From a virus (taxonomy: Duplodnaviria; Heunggongvirae; Uroviricota; Caudoviricetes): a stretch of DNA of 20,300 nt. Made by a program: the position numbers and the translations under genes. The notes beneath the pieces were generated by a model. The model was not told where the DNA came from. It saw nothing but the letters and a program-made list of their open reading frames with translations, and did not search any database. The DNA lies in IMG/VR virus record IMGVR_UViG_2634166457_000006, positions 1-20,300 of that record; one strand, written 5' to 3'. Below, in pieces: positions 15,697-20,300 of this stretch. Within the stretch, counting starts at the first letter, position 1, and each line of letters begins with the position of its first letter.

Positions 15697-15771
15697 TCGG
15701 GGGCATGAAAGGCGGGATAAAACGGCCTGAAGCATGTCCGGCTGAGTGAGTTCTGAACCCGGGAGGAGACT

Positions 15772-16334
15772 GTGCTGACGACGCAAAAACGAAAATTTGC
15801 GCTGGCGCTCATGTCCGGGAAAAACAAAACGGCGTCAGCCATTGCTGCCGGTTATTCGGCGAAGACAGCCAGGGTTAAAGGCTCGCAGCTGGCAAAAGAT
15901 CCGGAAGTGCTCGCGTTTATAGCACGCAAAGAAGGCGAGACGGTGGAGGTGGATGAGGTTCCCGTTTACCGGCAGAAAAAACAGAGCAGGAGAATAAACC
16001 CCGTCGCTGTGAGACGGCTGCAATTCCACAGCCGGACGAAACCAATCCGGAGATGTCACCGCCCATGGTGATGTCTCCTGGTATTGAATATATGGAGGAT
16101 GGTCTTCCCGATCCTGTGAAAGCCATGGGGCGGATCCTGGTGGAAAACCTGAGCATTGACCCTAAACTGGCACTGGATGCAGCCTGGCGTCTGGCGCAGT
16201 TCACGCACCATAAAAAAGGGGATGCCGGTAAAAAATCGGCAAAAGGTGATGCCGCGAAAAAAGCGACTAACCGTTTTGCGGTGCCACCACCACCCCGCCT
16301 GGTGGTGAATAACGATAATGAGGACAGTGGATGA
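15772..16334 (+). CDS. Terminase small subunit, apparently split over two reading frames (15772-16071 and 16053-16334)
   Basis: N-terminal part has the TerS HTH signature (SAIAAGYSAKTARVKGSQL). The second frame is open from 15957 and ends with ATGA coupling to terminase large at 16331. The frames switch near an A6 run at 15976-15981. Confidence 0.5.
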
Positions 16335-17992
16335 TACCTGTGTGGAGTACGGCCTGCCCGGACTGGGCAGCGCGCCTGAAAAAGGGACTGTCGATTATTC
16401 CGGCTCCGATTTATCCGGACCAGGCCGCACATGCCCTGGCGATTTTTAAACAACTGCGGATTGTTGATGCACCGGGCAGCCCGACGTTCGGGGAGTCCTG
16501 TGCACCGTGGGTGTTTGACCTGGTGGCGGCCCTGTTTGGCTCCTACGATGCGCACACCGGTATCCGTCATATAAAGGAAGTGTTCATTCTGATCCCGAAA
16601 AAAAACAGCAAGTCCACACTGGCTGCCGGGATCATGATGACGGCGCTGTTACTGAACTGGCGGCAGGCGGCGGGCTACACCATTCTGGCCCCGACTGTGG
16701 AGGTGGCGGCTAACGCCTTCAACCCTGCCAGGGATATGGTACGACGGGACGATGATCTGGATGACCTCTGTCAGGTGCAGACACATATCCGGACCATCAC
16801 CCACCGGGTGACGGACACCACCCTGAAGGTGGTGGCAGCCGATCCGAATACGGTGTCCGGTATCAAGTCCGTGGGGACACTGATTGATGAACTGTGGTTG
16901 TTTGGCAAGCAGTATAAAGCGGAGGACATGTTACGTGAAGCCATCGGCGGGCTTGCCTCCCGTCCGGAAGGATTTGTGGTGTACACAACCACCCAGTCGA
17001 ATGAGCCGCCAGCCGGAGTGTTCAGACAGAAACTTCAGTACGCCCGGGATGTCCGTGACGGCAAAATTCATGATCCGCACTTTCTGCCGGTGATTTTTGA
17101 GCATCCGCCGGAGATGGTGGAGAGCGGTGAGCACCTGCTGATGGAAAACCTCGCCATGGTTAACCCGAATCTCGGTTATTCGGTGGATGAGGCCTTTCTG
17201 TACCGGGAGTACCGTAAAGCCCGCGAAGCCGGGGAAGAGACCTTCCGGGGGTTCATGTCAAAACACGCCAATGTGGAAATCGGTCTTGCCCTGCGTTCTG
17301 ACCGCTGGGCGGGGGCGGATTTCTGGGAACAACAGGGCATGTGCGTCAGCCTGGACGATATCCTGCTGCGCGCTGATGTGGTTACGGTGGGGATTGACGG
17401 CGGAGGGCTGGATGATCTGCTGGGGATGTACGTGATTGGGCGTGACCGGGAGACCCGCGAATGGCTGGGGTGGGGCCATGCCTGGGCACATGAAACCGCG
17501 GTGGTCAGACGGAAGAGCGAGGCGTCCCGGTTTCAGGATCTTGTTGCCTGTGGAGATATGACCATTGTCCGGCGTGTCGGGGATGACACGGCGGAAGTGG
17601 CGGAATATGTGCGTCGCATTCATGAGGCTGAGTTACTGGACCATATCGGTATTGATCCGTCAGGTGTGGGGCAAATTCTGGATTCACTGGCGGAAGCCGG
17701 GATCCCCGACGGAATTGTGGTGGGGATAAGCCAGGGCTGGAAACTGGGCGGGGCCATCAAAACCACCGAGCGCAAACTGGCTGAAGGGGTGCTGGTGCAT
17801 GGTGGCCAGCCCCTGATGGCCTGGTGTGTCGGCAATGCCCGGGTGGAGCCTAAAGGTAACGCCATTCTTATTACCAAACAGGCCAGCGGACGGGGAAAAA
17901 TTGACCCGCTGATGGCGCTCTTCAATGCGGTCTCCCTGATGTCCCTGAATCCGGAACCGAAAAAGAAAGCGTATGAGGTTTTTTTCATATAA
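16331..17992 (+). CDS. Terminase large subunit (HK97/Terminase_1-like)
   Basis: 553 aa, placed after TerS with ATGA overlap; N-terminal ATPase-like and C-terminal nuclease-like regions. Confidence 0.8.
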   Translation: MIPVWSTACPDWAARLKKGLSIIPAPIYPDQAAHALAIFKQLRIVDAPGSPTFGESCAPWVFDLVAALFGSYDAHTGIRHIKEVFILIPKKNSKSTLAAGIMMTALLLNWRQAAGYTILAPTVEVAANAFNPARDMVRRDDDLDDLCQVQTHIRTITHRVTDTTLKVVAADPNTVSGIKSVGTLIDELWLFGKQYKAEDMLREAIGGLASRPEGFVVYTTTQSNEPPAGVFRQKLQYARDVRDGKIHDPHFLPVIFEHPPEMVESGEHLLMENLAMVNPNLGYSVDEAFLYREYRKAREAGEETFRGFMSKHANVEIGLALRSDRWAGADFWEQQGMCVSLDDILLRADVVTVGIDGGGLDDLLGMYVIGRDRETREWLGWGHAWAHETAVVRRKSEASRFQDLVACGDMTIVRRVGDDTAEVAEYVRRIHEAELLDHIGIDPSGVGQILDSLAEAGIPDGIVVGISQGWKLGGAIKTTERKLAEGVLVHGGQPLMAWCVGNARVEPKGNAILITKQASGRGKIDPLMALFNAVSLMSLNPEPKKKAYEVFFI

Positions 17993-18017
17993 CCCTGTTC
18001 ACCCTGTAACCATCATG

Positions 18018-18040
18018 AACCGCTGCGGCGGTTTTTTTAT
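18018..18040 (+). terminator. Terminator-like hairpin between terminase large and the protease-capsid gene
   Basis: AACCGC-tgcg-GCGGTT hairpin followed by T7. Confidence 0.45.
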
Positions 18041-18055
18041 TTTCAGGAGGCTGAT

Positions 18056-19993
18056 GTGACTCTTAAACGGGCCTGTTCCCTGCTGACGGTGAAATCCTTC
18101 AGTGAGGATGAGCGGGTGATCTCCGGGATTGCGTCAACGCCTTCTCCGGATCGGGATGGGGACATCCTGGAGCCGGAGGGTGCGGAGTTCGGCAGTGCGA
18201 TCCCGTTTCTCTGGCAGCATGACCATTCCCGCCCTGTGGGCCAGTGTACGGTGCGCCGTATCAGGGAAGGGCTGGAAATTACGGCAACGCTGGTGAAGCC
18301 TGTACCGGATATGCCGTCGCAACTGGCAGCCCGACTGGATGAGGCATGGGCAGCCATTAAGACCGGGCTGGTCAGGGGGCTTTCCGTGGGCTTCCGGCCC
18401 CATGAATACACCTTTCTGGACGGAGGCGGACTGCATTTTCTGCGCTGGGAGCTGATGGAGGTGTCTGCTGTCACCGTTCCTGCGAATGCGGAATGCACCA
18501 TCCGGACCATTAAATCTTACGACCGCCCGTTTTCTGCCGCGTCCGGCAACCGGAAACCGGTGGTGAAAATTGCATCTTCTGCCGGCGCTTCGGCACAGTC
18601 AAACACCCTTTTTCATAAGGAAAAGTCAGCAATGAATACTGGTGAACAGATTAAAAGTTTTGAAAACAAGCGTGCGGCGCTGGCAGCCTCCCTTGAGGAG
18701 ATCATGAGCAAGGCCGCAGAAGAAGGCCGCACGCTGGATGTGGAGGAAGAGGAGCACTACGACAACACCACGGCGGAAATCCGCCAGGTGGATGCGCACC
18801 TGAAGCGTCTGCGTGAACTGGAGGCCGGTAAGGCCGCCACGGCGCAGCCGGTGAAACAGGCCGGTAACGGGAATGTGGCAGCAGTGGCTTCAGCGCCGGT
18901 GATCCGTGTTGAGCAGAAACTGGATAAGGGGATTGGCTTTGCCCGCTTTGCCAAATCACTGGCTGCGGCTAAAGGTGTCCGCTCTGAAGCCCTGGAAGTG
19001 GCCCGTCGTCAGTATCCGGATGACAGCCGTCTGCATCATGTCCTGAAATCGGCTGTGGGGGCAGGGACCACCACGGACCCACAGTGGGCAGGCAGCCTGT
19101 CTGAATATCAGGAATATGCGCAGGACTTTATTGATTACCTGCGTCCGCAGACCATTATCGGGCGATTTGGTCAGGGCGGGATCCCTGCACTTCGTCAGGT
19201 GCCGTTCAATATCCGTGTGCACGCCCAGGTGTCCGGCGGTGCTGCCGGCTGGGTGGGACAGGGTAAGGCAAAACCCCTGACGAAATTTGATTTTGAATCC
19301 ATCACCTTCAGTCATGCGAAGGTGGCGGCCATTGCGGTACTGACGGAAGAATTGATCCGTTTTTCCAGCCCGGCTGCTGATGCGCTGGTCCGTAATGCAC
19401 TGGCGGAAGCGGTGGTGGCGCGTCTGGATACCGATTTTGTTGACCCGAAAAAAGCGGCTGTGGCGGATGTCTCCCCGGCGTCCATCACCCATGATGTGAA
19501 GGGTACGGCATCAACCGGTAATCCGGATACGGATGCGGAAGCGGCGTTTGGTCAGTTTGTGGCGGCAAATCTGCAGCCCACCGGTGCGGTATGGCTGATG
19601 TCCAGCACGAATGCTCTTGCGCTGTCCATGCGTAAAAACGCACTGGGTCAGAAGGAATATCCGGACATGACCCTGCTGGGTGGCACCTTCCAGGGGCTGC
19701 CGGTAATTGTCTCCCAGTACGTGGGTGACCAGCTGGTACTGGTGAATGCGCCGGATATTTATCTGGCGGATGACGGCGGTGTGGCAGTGGATATGTCCCG
19801 TGAAGCGTCACTGGAAATGCAGTCTGAGCCGGGCGGCGACAGTACCACGCCGTCGCCGGTGGAGCTGGTCTCCATGTTCCAGACCGGCAGCGTGGCCATC
19901 CGTGCGGAGCGCTGGATCAACTGGCGTCGTCGCCGTACCGCGGCGGTGGCTGTGATCACCGGTGTTAACTACGGCAGTGCGTCCGGCGGCTGA
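18056..19993 (+). CDS. Prohead protease (HK97 S78 family) fused in frame to a major capsid protein with delta/scaffold-like domain
   Basis: N-terminal PFLWQHDHSRPVG, GLSVGFRP and EVSAVTVPANAE match HK97-type prohead protease motifs; a coiled-coil delta-like segment and capsid-sized domain follow. GTG start with AGGAGG SD; internal ATG 18632 with AAGGAA SD. Confidence 0.7.
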   Translation: MTLKRACSLLTVKSFSEDERVISGIASTPSPDRDGDILEPEGAEFGSAIPFLWQHDHSRPVGQCTVRRIREGLEITATLVKPVPDMPSQLAARLDEAWAAIKTGLVRGLSVGFRPHEYTFLDGGGLHFLRWELMEVSAVTVPANAECTIRTIKSYDRPFSAASGNRKPVVKIASSAGASAQSNTLFHKEKSAMNTGEQIKSFENKRAALAASLEEIMSKAAEEGRTLDVEEEEHYDNTTAEIRQVDAHLKRLRELEAGKAATAQPVKQAGNGNVAAVASAPVIRVEQKLDKGIGFARFAKSLAAAKGVRSEALEVARRQYPDDSRLHHVLKSAVGAGTTTDPQWAGSLSEYQEYAQDFIDYLRPQTIIGRFGQGGIPALRQVPFNIRVHAQVSGGAAGWVGQGKAKPLTKFDFESITFSHAKVAAIAVLTEELIRFSSPAADALVRNALAEAVVARLDTDFVDPKKAAVADVSPASITHDVKGTASTGNPDTDAEAAFGQFVAANLQPTGAVWLMSSTNALALSMRKNALGQKEYPDMTLLGGTFQGLPVIVSQYVGDQLVLVNAPDIYLADDGGVAVDMSREASLEMQSEPGGDSTTPSPVELVSMFQTGSVAIRAERWINWRRRRTAAVAVITGVNYGSASGG

Positions 19994-20037
19994 GTCTGAT
20001 GAGGAGGGCGGGAGGTGAGAGCTTCCCGCAGTAACTG

Positions 20038-20253
20038 ATGGCAAAAATCCGATATCTGCAGGGTACACATGATGCCCGGCCCGGGGATATCCGGGATGTC
20101 GCACAGCCGTGTGCGGAGGTGCTGGTTCGCCTGAGGAAGGCGGAGTACATCACAGCGCGACGTCCGGCGGGTCAGAAAAAGAACATGATGCGGAGCATAG
20201 CGAATGTGGAACCTTTTGCGACGAACCCGAAAAAACCAGAAATCAGGACGTGA
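20038..20253 (+). CDS. Hypothetical head-module protein, 71 aa
   Basis: ORF immediately downstream of the capsid gene; weak SD; no family recognised. Confidence 0.3.
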   Translation: MAKIRYLQGTHDARPGDIRDVAQPCAEVLVRLRKAEYITARRPAGQKKNMMRSIANVEPFATNPKKPEIRT

Positions 20254-20300
20254 TGTAAAAGAGGCGGGCTGGACCAGCCTGTTTCAGGCGGTGGCTGAGC

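Larger units (their letters stand above)
1..20300 (+). mobile_element. Lambdoid prophage segment (replication, nin-like, Q, tRNAs, lysis, cos/terminase, head); both ends lie outside the window
   Basis: Collinear phage modules on one strand, tight gene packing with ATGA/GTGA start-stop overlaps, recognisable O/P, RusA, Q, holin/endolysin/Rz/Rz1, HNH, terminase and HK97-type protease-capsid genes. Confidence 0.85.

Noticed and set aside
15917-17988. Several minus-strand ORFs (60-217 aa) within the terminase genes
   Set aside because: Antisense to strongly supported terminase genes; Arg/Pro-rich products; no start signals.
18043-20153. Minus-strand ORFs (62-178 aa) within the protease-capsid gene
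   Set aside because: Antisense artefacts in GC-rich coding sequence.
1-20300. CRISPR arrays, integrase, attL/attR, IS elements
   Set aside because: No regularly spaced repeat-spacer arrays, no recombinase-like ORF and no IS-like terminal inverted repeats within the window; prophage ends lie outside it.

Overview
This window is a contiguous segment of a lambdoid enterobacterial prophage, read almost entirely on the + strand. Gene order: YdaT-like protein, O-like replication initiator with internal iterons, P-like helicase loader, a nin-like block of tightly packed small genes, a hok-type type I toxin locus directly followed by a Doc-family type II toxin pair, DUF968 protein, RusA, Q antiterminator with a pR'-like promoter, three tRNAs, a cargo block (TerB-like protein, small membrane peptide, DUF1737-domain protein), S21-type holin, a reverse-oriented AT-rich insert, SAR endolysin, Rz/Rz1, an AT-rich PerC-like regulator insert, RHH protein, HNH endonuclease, a cos-like repeat region, a terminase small subunit split across two frames, terminase large subunit, and a prohead protease-major capsid fusion. 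The best candidates for something new are the back-to-back toxin loci (hok-type plus Doc with a non-Phd partner) and the cargo at the position where Stx phages carry stx. No portal gene lies between terminase and protease-capsid, and no integrase, att site or CRISPR array is in the window. All protein assignments are from reading motifs by eye, with no database search run, and coordinates of small features may be off by a few bases.
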